Assembly (NCBI GenBank): GCA_977017645.1
Contig: OZ360222.1
Coordinates: 120,652,001 to 120,716,000, forward strand
Source: Torpedo marmorata
Taxonomy: Eukaryota
Length of the DNA: 64,000 nt
Direction: 5' to 3'
Each line of letters begins with the position of its first letter. Position 1 is the stretch's first letter. Position numbers and translations under genes: made by a program. Shown piece by piece: positions 50,301-62,724 of the stretch. The notes under the pieces are model-generated. The model was not told the origin of the DNA, made no database searches, and worked only from the letters and a program-made list of their open reading frames with translations.

Positions 50301-52020
50301 CAGAGGCCACAGCTGTTAACCAAGAACAGCTTCGCCATCTGCCCATTACAGCCAAAATAATCAGTAAAGAAGTAAGAAATGAACCCACACTGGCCAAGGT
50401 TTTGTATTTTACATTAAATGGATGGCCAGAAGGGGACACCATTTCTTCAGACCTTAAACCTTACTATATCCGACGGAATGAAATAACTATTGAAGAAGGT
50501 TGCTTATTGTGGGGTGCCCGGACAAATATCCCAAGGAAATGGCTAAAGGACATATTGGCAGAACTTCATGATAACCATCCTGGGATAGTCCGCATGAAAG
50601 CGCTAGCACGAATGCATGTTTTGTGGCTATCAATGGATATGGATATCGAGCAAACTGTACGAAGGTGTGGCATTTGTCAAGATATGCAACCGAAAGCTCC
50701 CCAGGCCGAAGCAAATCCATGGAAATGGCCGTCTCGACCATGGCACAGAATCCATGTAGATTTTGCAGGTCCATTTATCGACGCACACGCCAAATGGCCA
50801 GTGGTATCACACATGCGTACCACAACAACCATCCAAACAATTGAAAGATTAAGAACTATGTTTGCATCATATGGATTGCCAGTGGAATTGGTCTCAGACA
50901 ATGGTCCTCAGTTTACTTCAGATGTTTTTAGAATGTTCCTGCGTAACAATGGTATACGCCATGTACTTTCCGCACCGTACCACCCAAGTACTAATGGAGA
51001 AGCGGAGCGTTTTGTGCGAACATTTAAAAATGCTATGAAAGCAGGCAAATCGCTTAACTTTTCATGGAATCATAGAATAGCAAATTTCCTTGCAGGATAC
51101 AGAAATACACCTCATTCAACAACTAAAAGAACACCAGCAGAATTAATGTTTGGACGGAATATTCGAACGCGGCTATCAGCAGTGCACCCGGATATCAGCG
51201 GTCGTATTGAACACGACACCTCACCAACTAAACCAACCAGATCTCTGGAAGTGGGTGAAAGAGTGTTGGTAAGAGATTACAGGAATAATAAAGAAACATG
51301 GATAAGAGGTGTTATCATTAAGAAGTTAAGCCCTTGCTCATATGCCATACAAGTAGAGACTAACATATGGAAATGACATATTGACCAACTGAGAGCAGTA
51401 GAAGATCCAATAATGACAGATGAGCCGAAGGATTTGCCATCTTGGGTCAATGACGATGATGCTGATCTAGAGACAGACTCCAGGTATCAACAATACTCAT
51501 CGAGATTCCAGTTTCCAGTTTGAAGAAGATATTACGGCAGAAAAGACAAAAAGTCCAAGTCCAGAGAAGACAAAAAGTCCAGAAAAGACAGAGTCCCATG
51601 GTTCCGACAGTTGTAGGGGATCCACCCCTAAGAAGATCACACCGTCAACGACGTCCGCCGGAACATTTGAGAGACTATGTACCCTAAATAATTTTTCACT
51701 ATTGTGATTATCAGTATTATACTAACAGTTAGTATTGGTAGTTTTACTTGTATGATTTTTTTTAGTTGTAGTTGTAGTTTCCCCGCTATATTTCAGTAGT
51801 TACGGTAGTTTACAAGTGATCGGGGAATATGTAATCGTATAATAATAATCTATATTATGTGGGGGGGGAAGAGTGTTGTATATGTCACGTATGACGTGAT
51901 GACGTCATACGCACTATATAAAGCGTAGCGCTGGATACCATTTTAGTTTAGTAATAAAGTTTGAATGAAGAAGCACGTCTCGGTGTGTTATTGTATGTTT
52001 TACACCCGAAATATACAACA
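47388..52020 (+). mobile_element. Full-length Ty3/Gypsy LTR retrotransposon, Mag-like (gag-PR-RT-RH-IN)
   Basis: Identical 147-bp LTRs (47388-47534, 51874-52020) with 10-bp terminal inverted repeats; 5-bp TSD ACTAT; PBS 47538-47550; PPT 51861-51873; inserted in a CR1 3' end (-). Confidence 0.97.
47666..51376 (+). pseudogene. Gypsy gag-pol, disrupted
   Basis: Two CCHC knuckles, LDTGA protease, YLDD RT, DAS/EKE RNase H, HHCC and D,D,E integrase; frameshifts at about 49024 and 50197; stop at 51374. Confidence 0.93.
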
Positions 52021-52489
52021 ACTATTCACCTTATCAATGCCCCTCATGATTTTATAGACCTCAATAAGATCACCTTTCAATCTCCTACGACCCAAGGAAA
52101 ACAGTCCTAGTTTTTCCAGTTGTAATTTGGTCTTCAATGCTAAAAATAGCTTTTGGATTTATTTTGATAGAATTCAATTTTCATCTTTATTTCTGATTTC
52201 TTTGCATTGCTTAATTTAAGAGGACATTGTATTTATTTTTTTTTTAAAAACCAAGTATTTTAGCTTTGGTAAACAGAATACTGGCAGATGTATATGTGGG
52301 ATATGTCACAAACAAGACCAACTTAGGCCAGAAACGTCTCCTATAGACGCTGAAAAGACCGGCTTTTCGGTGTGTTTTACTACAATCACAGCGTCTGTAG
52401 ACTTTCGTGTTTCACCAGTTAATTTGTACACCATTATCAAGAAGCATTCGGGGAAACTGATTTCTCTCCACTTTTTTCCCCTTGTTGAT

Positions 52490-54280
52490 TGTGGTTCAAG
52501 TTTATTTGTCACAAAATACCAAGTACAGTGAGAAGCATTCTTCTGTGAGCAGACCAACTAGTTATCTCTAACATACAGCCATGCAAAGAGCACAATTTAC
52601 AGAGTATAGGGTGTAATAAAAAGAAAGATAAATTAGCACCAAGTAAGGGCAGCATGATAGCATTTTGGTGTCTGATGACTGTGGGGAAGAAACAGTCTTT
52701 AAGCCTGTTCAATCGTGCTTTCACATTCTTCAGCCTTCTCCCCAATGGGAGGAGGGAGAAGAAAATGTGTCTGGGGTGTGTTGGGTCCTTCAGTATGTTG
52801 GCTGCCTTTCCTAGGCAACGGGAGATGTAGTTGGAGTCCATCGAGAGAGGTTTCCATTATGTTCTGAGCTGCAAGGTTGGAGGAGTTATGGATAGTGTTG
52901 AAGGTTGTCATAGGTTACAAAAGGATACAGACAGGATGCAGAGTTGGGCAGAAAAGTGGCAGATGGAGTTCAATCCGGATAAGTGTGAGGTGATACATTT
53001 TGGAAGGTCAAACCTGAAGGCTGAGTACAGGGTTAATGGTCAGATACTTAACAGTGTGGAAGAACAGAGGGACCTTGGGGTCCAAATTCATACATCTCTC
53101 AAGGTTGCTACGCAGGTTGAAAGGATAATTAAGGTGGCCTATGGGATGCTGGGCTTCATTAGTTGGGGGGTAGAGTTCAAGAGTCGAGAGGACATGTTGC
53201 AACTCTTTGTTCTATGTGTGCTCATTATAAATTCAATATAATCTCTGTTAATGGAAGTAATAGTTCATTCTTGACCGCTACATCGTGTTTATCCCAAGTC
53301 AGGCCATTGGAGATATTTATTGCTCAGAAATTGAGGCTATCTACTCTTTTGACTTCAATGCCATAATATGAACAGGGGTGAGGACTCTACTTCCTTTCTT
53401 GAACTCAGTGATCATCTCCTTCATCTTACTGATGTTGAGAGAGACATATTGTAATCTGGGCACCATGCCACTAGACTTCAAATATCTTGCCTGTATTTTA
53501 TCTTGTTATTATTTGATCCCTGACATATTACTATGGTGTCATTGTCAAATTTGAAGATGGAGTTGGAGCAGCATTTAGCAGTACAGTCGGGAATGTAGCG
53601 AGAGTGTAGGAGGGGGCAGAATACATGTCCTTGAGTGATGGTGTGATTGTGGCGGCGATGTTGTTACCCATCTTAACTGATTGCTGCATGTTAGACTGGA
53701 AGTCAAGAATCCAGTTGCATAGGGAGGACATTGAGGCCTAGATTCCGGTTTGGGAATGAGTTTGCTTGAGACTACGGTATTGAAGGCAGAGCTGCAGGCT
53801 ATGAATAGTAGTCTTAACGTGGCATTCAGGTGTTCCAGGGCTGAGTGGAGGGCTGTGGATCTGTTTGGTAGGCAAATAGAAGTAGGTTAAGGCTGGCTGG
53901 GAGGTAAGAGTTGATGTGAGCCATGACCAGCCTCTCAAAGCACTTCATGATGGTGGATGTGAAAGCCACTGGTTGGCAATCACTTCAACCTGTTATTATG
54001 CTTTAGTACTGTATGATGGTAGACTTCTTGAAGCAAGTGGGGACTGTGGCCTGTTGTAGAAAAGATTTAACATGTCTGTGAATAAGTCCGCCAGTTGATC
54101 TATGCAGACTTCAGGACGCATCCTGATACCCTGTCTAAGCTGGTGGCTTTCACAAGTTCACCTGCTGGAAGGCTGCCAAGACTTTAGCAGCAGTTACCAT
54201 GCTTCCAACCTCACTTGAGGAGGTAACATCCACATCAACTACCTGCTGGCTCCCTGTTCAAAACAAGCTTAGAACATGTT
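52490..54280. mobile_element. Cluster of LINE remnants: Rex1-like 3' end (-, 52490-52870), CR1 RT piece (+, 52870-53205), decayed Rex1-like RT (-, 53270-54280)
   Basis: DPTHP..FSLLPLGRR, WAEKWQMEFNPDKCEV and LCNWILDF motifs. Confidence 0.75.
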
Positions 54281-54555
54281 TAACTCTTTGGGGACTGTTG
54301 CATGCTGGTCATCATCAGCTTAAACTGAAACCTATAAATTGATGACCTGTACTGAACCCTTTGCATTTATTGCCAAATAACAAATCATTTATGCTTTAAG
54401 GAGAGCTGTTGTGTTTCCACTAAATTAGAGCGAGGGAATCTGTCATCTTCAACTCTTGAGGCACCAACTGCTATTTTTAAGAGCTCAGTGGGAAATGGTG
54501 TGACACCATTTATCTTAAAACAAATATAAATTTATAAACTAGAAAGATCCTTGTT

Positions 54556-54805
54556 TTTTTTATTTTTTATTTTATTTAAACTTTTAAATCACAAAATACA
54601 TAGAGTAAAATATAGAATTATCAAAATACATGTGATATATTTTCACCCCCCCCTCCCTCCCTTCCCTAACCCCCCCCCCCCCATCCCCACTAATCTAATA
54701 ATAAAGTAACAATAAAAAATAAAAATAGTAAAAAAGAAAGAAAAGAAAAAATAGAATGAGGGGAATATCATCTATAAACTAAATCTATTACGGAGGTCAA
54801 ATTTG
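54556..54805 (-). mobile_element. Short L1 3'-UTR insertion
   Basis: 17-bp TSD CTAGAAAGATCCTTGTT at 54539-54555 and 54806-54822; T-tail; G-rich tract like the other L1s. Confidence 0.9.
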
Positions 54806-57800
54806 CTAGAAAGATCCTTGTTAATCTCCAGCTCCAAATGCCTTGTTAATTAACTGGTTTTTGCCTTCACTCAGACAAAACTTTTTACACTTTGATACCA
54901 GAGAATATCTTAAAAGTTGGTAGTAATGGATTTTTCTTTCCCAATCATCTTGGCTGCCTAACCACATAATTAACATTTCATTGGAAGAGAGACCTCTGTT
55001 AAATTTTGTGTTCTATTTTGTTTTCTGATTTAAGATTCCAGCATAAAATTTACTATCAGTAATCTTAATTTCTCAACCCTCACTCTGTTAATGGAAGTAA
55101 TAGTTCTTTCATTCTGAATCTAAATTTGGCTATTTCAAAGAGAAACCACAAAGAATAAAATGGTAAAAACACAATGCTGGAGAAACTCAGCAAGTCAAAC
55201 AGCGTACTTTATATAGCAAAGGTAAAGATACATAACCAGTGTTTCGGGCCGGAGCCCTTCAAGGTGTGAGCAAAATGTAGGCAGGTTCCGGAATAAAATG
55301 GATTGTATTATGTCAATTACAGGCGCAGTAAGGGAAAATTTAGAGTCTGATGTCTGGAACTATTGGCTGTGATGGTAAATGGGGTGTTTGTGGTTTCTTG
55401 AAGGAGTTCTGATGCTGTTTTCAGTGGAATAAATGTATTTAAAGTAGTTTTTTAAAAATTAAGTATTGCAAGAAGATTTTTCAGTTGCAAAATAAATTCT
55501 GGGGAGCATTTTGACTACTCAGACCTTATTAATGTCAAGCTGTAAGAAAATGCTTTGTGCATTTTATTCCCTCAAGAATGTTTAAGTTGGGCTTGAGAAA
55601 ATTTGTATTTGTGACTTCAGATGTCAGTTGATTTAATAAAAAATGACAATTGGTTTGAGATGGGCTGATCACCAATTCAAATATGGCAATGGATACTGTT
55701 TGCGATCTCATTTTTCACTTTTTAACAAGTAATGTTACTAACATGGCTTGGTGGTGTTATTTTTCCCATTTGGTCCCCACAGTATTGGTTTGATGCAACT
55801 GGATGGCTTGCTGGGCCATTTTGGGAGCAGTTCAGAGTAGACTACTTTCCTGTTGGTCTGGAGTCACACATAGATAAGGTCAGCAGATTTCCTTCCCTGC
55901 AGAATATCAGTGAATCAAATTGTTTTTACAACAATCAAGTAGGTCACCATAACTGAGGCTTTTTAAAAAGAATTCCAGGTTATTCAATTGAGTTGTTTCC
56001 TCAGCTGCTATAGTGAATTTGAACTGTCTTTGGGTTACTTGTCCTATAGCTTAAGTTCTGGCGTATTTAAAGATTACGTAAATGATTATAATTGGAACTT
56101 TTTAACTTTTTATTCAATTTGTGTGTTTTCATTGTTCTGCAAAATTGATTAAACTTGGTTGTCAAGAAAGCTTCAGTCAATAAGATGCACTGACTTTTAG
56201 TCTAAGTAAATTAAAATAAGTTAGTAACTTGGCAAAAATGTCTCTACACTGATTTGGCAAGCTGGTCCATGATTTGAAATCCACTTGCTCTAATGTTAAA
56301 GGACTACATGTGCAGGGCATTTGATAAAGGCTGTTCTTACAATTCACACAATTATTGCTAGGCTAAAAACCTTCAGGAGCAAAATCTCTTACTATGACAA
56401 TTTGGGCAATGGTAAGGTAATTGCATCAAATTATGCTTCCCTTCTGAATTTTTGATTTTACTCTTAATCACTGACCATCATACTCCAAAAACAATTGGAT
56501 GTTCACTTGTCTAAATGAGTTTGGAAAACCACATGGACTGTTCTAAAAAGAAATTGTAAATTCTGCGCAATTGCCAGTTATTGTAGGCATAAAATATTAC
56601 TTATTTGGAGGTGGGATGGACGATTTCTTTCCCAGAAGGCATTTAGCTTGTATTGAGTAATGCAGGAAAAAAAAATTCAAATGCTTATTATTTAGTGACT
56701 TTACTATTTGCTTGAACAGGAACCTTGTAACAGAGGAACTGTGTGCAATAATCATTTAAAAATTGTTTTTTAAATTGCACACATGAATAAGCCTATATAT
56801 ATTAACAAAATAATTGCAAAGGATGGCAGAAATAGAAACATGATTGACAGCATGCAATACAAGTTTGTCATTTCTATTGTACTCAGTATAGTTCAAAGGT
56901 CTTGAGGTTTTTGCCTGTACCCTGGCTTGGATCGGCTCACTGTGTAATAGGGAAAACCGGCAACCTTGCTTATGAGTACAAATCAACAAAATACTATGTA
57001 GTGCTTGCATGTACTGAAGAATTGGACTCTGCTGAATTTGTACAATTTTTAAAAAGCTACCCGAGGGGGGAAAAACTCAGCAGTCCCTCTCTATCACTTT
57101 CTCTCTTCTGTCTGACCCAGGACCACATGCATGCACGCACATGCACACACACTACCTATTCCATCTTCACCCAAAATTCTTCTCCCGCTCGATCCCCATT
57201 CCCCTTCCCCCACTATTCTTCCCTTGCTTCTCCATTCTTCATCCTCCTTTTTTATCAGATTCTATTATCTGCAGCCCTTTTCCACCTCCATTACCACCCC
57301 CAGTCTCTGTTGCTTTCTCCACCTTTTCTTCCCACCTGACTAGATCTGCCAGTCAACCCCTCCCCACCTGGATCCAACTATTGCTTGCCAGCTCCCCCTC
57401 ACCACCTCCTATTGGCCATCTCCCCTCTACTTTTTTCAGTTCTGATGAAGGATTTTGCCCACCACAAATGCAGCCTGACCCGCTGATCTTCCCCAGTAGC
57501 TATTTTTTTGTTCCAGCATCTGTGTCTCTTGTCTCATTTTACTATCTGCACAAATTTTCTTTCAAGATTGGAATTTTTAAAGTGATGAGGTCTGTGTTTC
57601 TGCTTTCTCTGAAAGTATTTTGACCAGCTTAGAAAGCATTTCTGCAGTCTTGTTAGTAAAGATCTTGTGATCCAGCTTTATTTTTTTGGTCCAAATCGTA
57701 TTTTTGTCCAGTAAATCTCATGCTTAGTTACCAGTACTTGAGTTTATGTTATGGGTTGAAAACGTTTGCTTTGTTTCTTGTGCAGCAGGAAATATTCAGC

Positions 57801-58542
57801 GTTGCCTTTGACATTATTTGTCAATGACATTTTTCCACCCACTTATTACATTCTGTGGGTCTATTATTAAATTGCTTGCTTTTCAACATTCACTATACAG
57901 TTTTTTAGATTTGTTTTTCATTTTGACTTTCACCAGTAAGGTGGGATAAGATTTATCGTGTTCTATGTGACAATTGTCATGTGTTGTTTTGTTGTTTCCA
58001 TTGTATTAGTCAAATGGAATAATCCTAATTTTACCACAAAAACTTTCTTTAACAAATGTTTTTGTTTACCATTCACTATCCTAAATTTGAGTGACCCATT
58101 TGCTGAGAAGTCGCAACAAAACCAAGTGGTTGAAATGAACTGCCACAATATTGAGAATTGCCACAATATTGAGAATGAGAAAATGTGAATAATTTATGAA
58201 GTTTCAATAGTAAACACTTGTTAACTTTTTGAAAATTTGAAAGTTGAGTGTAACTGCTTCAATTACATTGAAAGAAAACAAAAATGCATGTATCCTTTTG
58301 GGAAAAGAGGGGTAACGACCTGTCCTTCCAAACTGAGTCTCAACGTTGTGCAAAATGTCACTTTTATAGAATATTTTGCTATACTTAGTAAAATGTCATC
58401 TTGATGGAATACAAATTGAAATTTGTCCTCCTTTTCTTGCTTTTACATAAATCAGATGTTTGCAGAATGTTTTGGGTTTCATATTTAATTTGTAGCTATG
58501 CAGCCAGGTTCTGTAAAACTGATTCTATTTCTTGTATTTTAG

Positions 58543-58666
58543 GTGTTGATCCAGAATTGTATGAGTTGACTACATCCAAACTGGAAGGCTCAAGTACTGT
58601 CAATCAAATGACCGATGCATTTGCTCGACTCATGTCTACAGCAGAGAAGATGAGCACATCTAGCAG
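58543..58666 (+). CDS. AFTPH: Aftiphilin exon (GVDPELYELTTSKLEG...DAFARLMSTAEKMSTSSR)
   Basis: TTTTAG acceptor, GTAAG donor, 124 nt, phase 1 to 2. Confidence 0.95.
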
Positions 58667-59132
58667 GTAAGAAATAGAATCCTTTAAAGTTCTATTTTGA
58701 GAACTACTTTGAACTGCAGTTTGTATCCCAGTTGTTGTATGTAGAGCATCTTGTTAAATAACCAAATATATTTTCACACTGTTTAATGTACAAATCTGTT
58801 CATTATCTAATGGATTTTTGTGAACCTGTTAATTTTACATAAAAGATGAAAGTAAAGATGATTGGTGTGAAATTGGAATCTATATTGAATTAAAATTCCA
58901 TGTTCCATTGGCTGTCTAGGTCTTAAGTTCTGAGATATATTTCCAAAATACTTTAGGCCAGTCTTCATGGTAAAAGGCACTACAAACAGCCCAATAGTAA
59001 CAAGACAATAAAATGACTATGGGGAAGGAGAAACTCTTATCACCAGAGAACACATAGTTGGCAAACTGAGATAAAGGTGGACAAGTCACCTGGACCTAAT
59101 AACTTGCATTTTAGGAACTTACAGGAAGTGTA

Positions 59133-60125
59133 CCGTATTTTCACGCCTAGCACGCGCCTAGCCCGTCCCGCGCACGCAATCATAAATTGTGTAAAAATAT
59201 TTTCGTATAGTGCGCACACCGCGCAGGTGTAGTATTCTAAATTCTAACTGACAAAAGCAATTTGCATTTAATTGTGAGACAAAACACATTCCATAGTCCC
59301 AGTATCTGCCACAGTTAATCTCCCGCTATTTACACCCATTCAACTTCCCCCAAAGGTGTCAATCGCCCATTATATAGATGATATCCTCCTGCAAACCATT
59401 AACAAGCTTTGGAGAGGAATTAATTAAATATATCGAAGACAGGCTTCAGAGTTAAGCAGGATTTAATTCTGTCATGATTTAAAAAGCCTTTAAAAGAAAC
59501 TTTATCTTGTTAAAAATAGTGTGCAATTGAGAAATTTATGGTTTGATTTGATGTAATGAGGATGATTAAACTGATGCCATAGGGCAGAATCATCCTAATG
59601 TTGTCTCAGATCAGAGGCACTTGATATGTTAATCTCCTCCCTCGGGATGGGTCTGGGCAATTAACATTGATAAGGTGCAGTGCCCTAGCCAGAATATCCC
59701 GTTTCTCGGAATACCATGGCACAGGCCAAAGAGATATTCCCAAGATCAAAATTTTGAATTTTGCCATTTTGTATGTACCCAATTCCCACGCTCGCTATAA
59801 ATTGCCGGTGCGACTTTCCCACGCCCGCTATAAATTGTGCGTGTTCTTGGGACATGAGACAAAACACATTCTTGTCTCATTTACCCGGTACTTGGGACAT
59901 GAGACAAAACATTTACTTGGGACATGAGACAAAACACATTCCATAGTCCCACTATCTGCCACAGTTAATCTCCCGCGATTTACACCCATTCAACTCCCCC
60001 CAGATGTGTTAATCGCCCATTATATAGATGATATCCTCTTGCAACACATTAACAAGCTTTGGAGAGGAATCAATTAAATAGATCGAAGACAGGCTTCAGA
60101 GTTAAGCAGGATTCTGTCATGATTT
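59133..60125 (+). mobile_element. pogo-like left terminus followed by retroviral RT fragments and an internal duplication of about 200 bp
   Basis: TA|CCGTATTTTCACG start; HSPxICH and AHYIDDILLQ in two copies; WAINIDKVQ..FLGIPW; no right TIR found. Confidence 0.65.
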
Positions 60126-61425
60126 AGGGATTGGAATAATTCCTCCGCTCTTGGCATGGGATGTTCCGATACTTGCAGAGCCTGATTAACAGTGCCTTTA
60201 TAATCTCCGCAAATTCGGATTTCTCCATTCGGTTTTCGGACTGGCACAATGGGAGCTGCCCAGTCACTATATTGAAGCTTTACAATGATTCCCTCGTTTT
60301 CTAATCTGTTGAGTTCCGCCTCAATTTTTCATTTTATTGAAAAAGGCACTGTCCTTGGCTTATAGAACTTTGGTTCAGCTTCAGGTTTCAATTGTAATTT
60401 TGCTTCGGCTCCTTTGATTCTCCCCAGGCTTTTCCCAAATAAGGTTTGATACTTCTTCAGCACTTGTGTCAGTTTTGGTTCATTTTCCGTCTGAATCTTC
60501 AGTACTGACCCGATTTCCATCCAATCCAATTGGATGTGTCATAGCCAGTTCCTTCCGAACAAGGCTTTTCCCATTGCGTCAATAATGACGATGGGTAAGT
60601 CTTTTGAGATCTTACCCTTATATTCGACCTTAACTTTGCATTTACCAATCACTTTTACTTTTTCCCCTGTGACTGTTCTTCATTGTAATCGTTGTTGGGT
60701 GTTGCGGTCAGCCAAACCCATGACCAATTGGTCTCTTAACGCATCATTTAAGAATTCTCCGAACTCACAACGTTCTGATAGCCTGCGCAATTCAGCTAAA
60801 TATTCGCTTATTGGCTCTGGCTCGCCTGTCATTTGCTTTCTGGAATAAAACTTATAACGTTCTGCAATAATTACTGGTCTGGGGAATAGGTGTTCTCCTA
60901 TTACCGTGCATAGTTCATCATAAGTCTTAGCACTTGGTCTTTCAGGTGTCAAAAGGGACTTCATAAGTTTAAAAGTTTTGCTTCCCACTTCACTTAGAAA
61001 CAGAACTTGTTTCCTCTTGGTTACTGGTGTATCAGTCACATTGTGGGCAATACAGTACATATTGAATCTTTCAATGTAGTCATACCAGTCTTCTGAGTCT
61101 TTGTACTCTCCGAAACGGCTGTCCGCCATTTTGCATTTTTTCCCACGTTTTCCCTTCTTTCTTCTTTGTGAGTGAGCCTGTGGAGCTCACTGATGTGGTA
61201 GGTTTTCGTTCTTCTTTTCTTCTCCCTTTCCTTGTTAGGGAAGTTCGTTTTGATCCTCGTCGCCAATCTGTAGTGTATTCTAGGTTTAGATATACACAAG
61301 CACACGGAGACGTGGTGCTTCATTCATCCTTTATTATTAATCTAACAATGGTTTCCCGCGCCACGCTTTATATAGTGCGTGATGACGTCATACGCGGCGT
61401 ACCAAGACTGCGTGTATCCACAACA
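60126..61425 (-). mobile_element. 3'-truncated Mag-like Gypsy, a sister family of 47388-52020
   Basis: 157-bp LTR 61269-61425; PBS TGGCGACGAGGAT 61253-61265; gag MADSRFGEYKDSEDW; gag-PR deletion at about 60680; ends early in RT. Confidence 0.92.
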
Positions 61426-61587
61426 CTGTGGCTTGATTCAGATTTTATTTTTTGATATTATCATGAAATATTTTAGGACTTTTACCATGCTCGAGGTGCT
61501 ACAAAAAGTACATTGTTTATTGATACTGTAACTCCCTCATTAACTTGAGGATTAACCTCGAGGATTAACATTAATTTGTTTATTTTA

Positions 61588-62420
61588 AGATTCAAGATTC
61601 AATTTGTTGGTATGTAATAAAACAGTGTCATATTACACGGAATTGCTTTTGCCTGCTGTAAGGCAGACAGATTCGCTATTGGCAGAAATTGCCTGAAGCG
61701 CCTCTTATAATCAGAGAAAGAGAAGCAAAAGAGAGTCCCCTCAGAGTCACCGTGTGTCCATGGATTCGCCTCCAGCGCTCCCGCAGCCACACAGAGTCCA
61801 GTCCAAACCATTGGCAAACCGAGCTCCAGATCTGAACCTCCGACACGATCAGGAACCCTTCAGCACCCCCTCGCATCCTGGTTCCGATACCTGGTACTCC
61901 TTCAGCCAATTTCGAGCCAGTCTCCAGCAGTCCGCAGCCCGGCACGAGTCCCCCGGCAGCTGTCTCCAGCAGCCCACAGCCTCCGTGGGTTCCTCGCCTC
62001 GAGTCGCCAGCAGCCCGTCGCATGCGTGGGTCTTTCAGCCTCAGGGCCCCTCTCTGGTTCGCCGCCGTGGTCATCGTCCCGTGGGTCGTCTCCTCTGCTT
62101 CTCCTTCTCAGACGGGGGATGGTCTCCCCGTTTTTTGGCGCCCTGCACCAGTCTTCCGCTTCCCTGGAGTCTGCAACCCCTCGTGGCTGCTGCCGATCAG
62201 AGGTGCCGCCATCTTGGGCGCAGACCCCGTGGTCGCGGGATTTTAAATAAATCTACCGTCGGCTCCTTTAACGGGCCGTTCAAAGCCTGTGCGGAGCTGA
62301 CGGCAGTCGGACTGGGCGGTTGGACTCCACGGGAGTGCTGTATCTCCGCTCCTCGCTCTCCGTGGGTCCGCACCAGCTGCGGCGCTGCCGTTACAGCGGC
62401 TCTGGCAGTGCCGCCATTTT
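61588..62420 (-). mobile_element. Non-autonomous LINE/SINE-like GC-rich element with a (TCTTGA)-type tail
   Basis: GC-rich body starting AAATGGCGGC on the - strand and ending TTGAATCTTGAATCTT; family not identified. Confidence 0.55.
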
Positions 62421-62579
62421 AGAATAATTGACTTAAATAAAAGATTTGTGTACTTGACCTTTGAGGATTTATTCAGACAATTCAAATAAAAGTTTAATGT
62501 TGCATGTTTTATTGCAATCTTTGAAGTTGCACAGCAGATTTAAAGGAGAAAATAGTAATACATATTTTTTGCTTTGTAG

Positions 62580-62724
62580 GAAACCAAAAAAGGAGGAAAT
62601 TCTTAGTAATGAAGCTGCCCAGGTGATTGCAAGCCTTCCAGATCTGTCATTCATGCATGCCAAGGTGCTGATGTTTCCAACCACATTAACACCTTTGGTA
62701 AGCTCTCATGAAAAGGCAGACTGA
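62580..62724 (+). CDS. AFTPH: Aftiphilin last coding exon (KPKKEEILSNEAAQVIASLPDLSFMHAKVLMFPTTLTPLVSSHEKAD*)
   Basis: TTTGTAG acceptor; C-terminal motif LPDL(S/T)FMHAKVLMFP; TGA stop at 62722-62724. Confidence 0.96.

Noticed and set aside
56902-57623. Overlapping Pro/Ser/Phe-rich ORFs
   Set aside because: They come from the stop-poor pyrimidine tract of a Penelope remnant
61754-62422. 222-aa ORF as a novel gene
   Set aside because: A GC-rich repeat that is open in several frames, with no recognisable domain or splice structure
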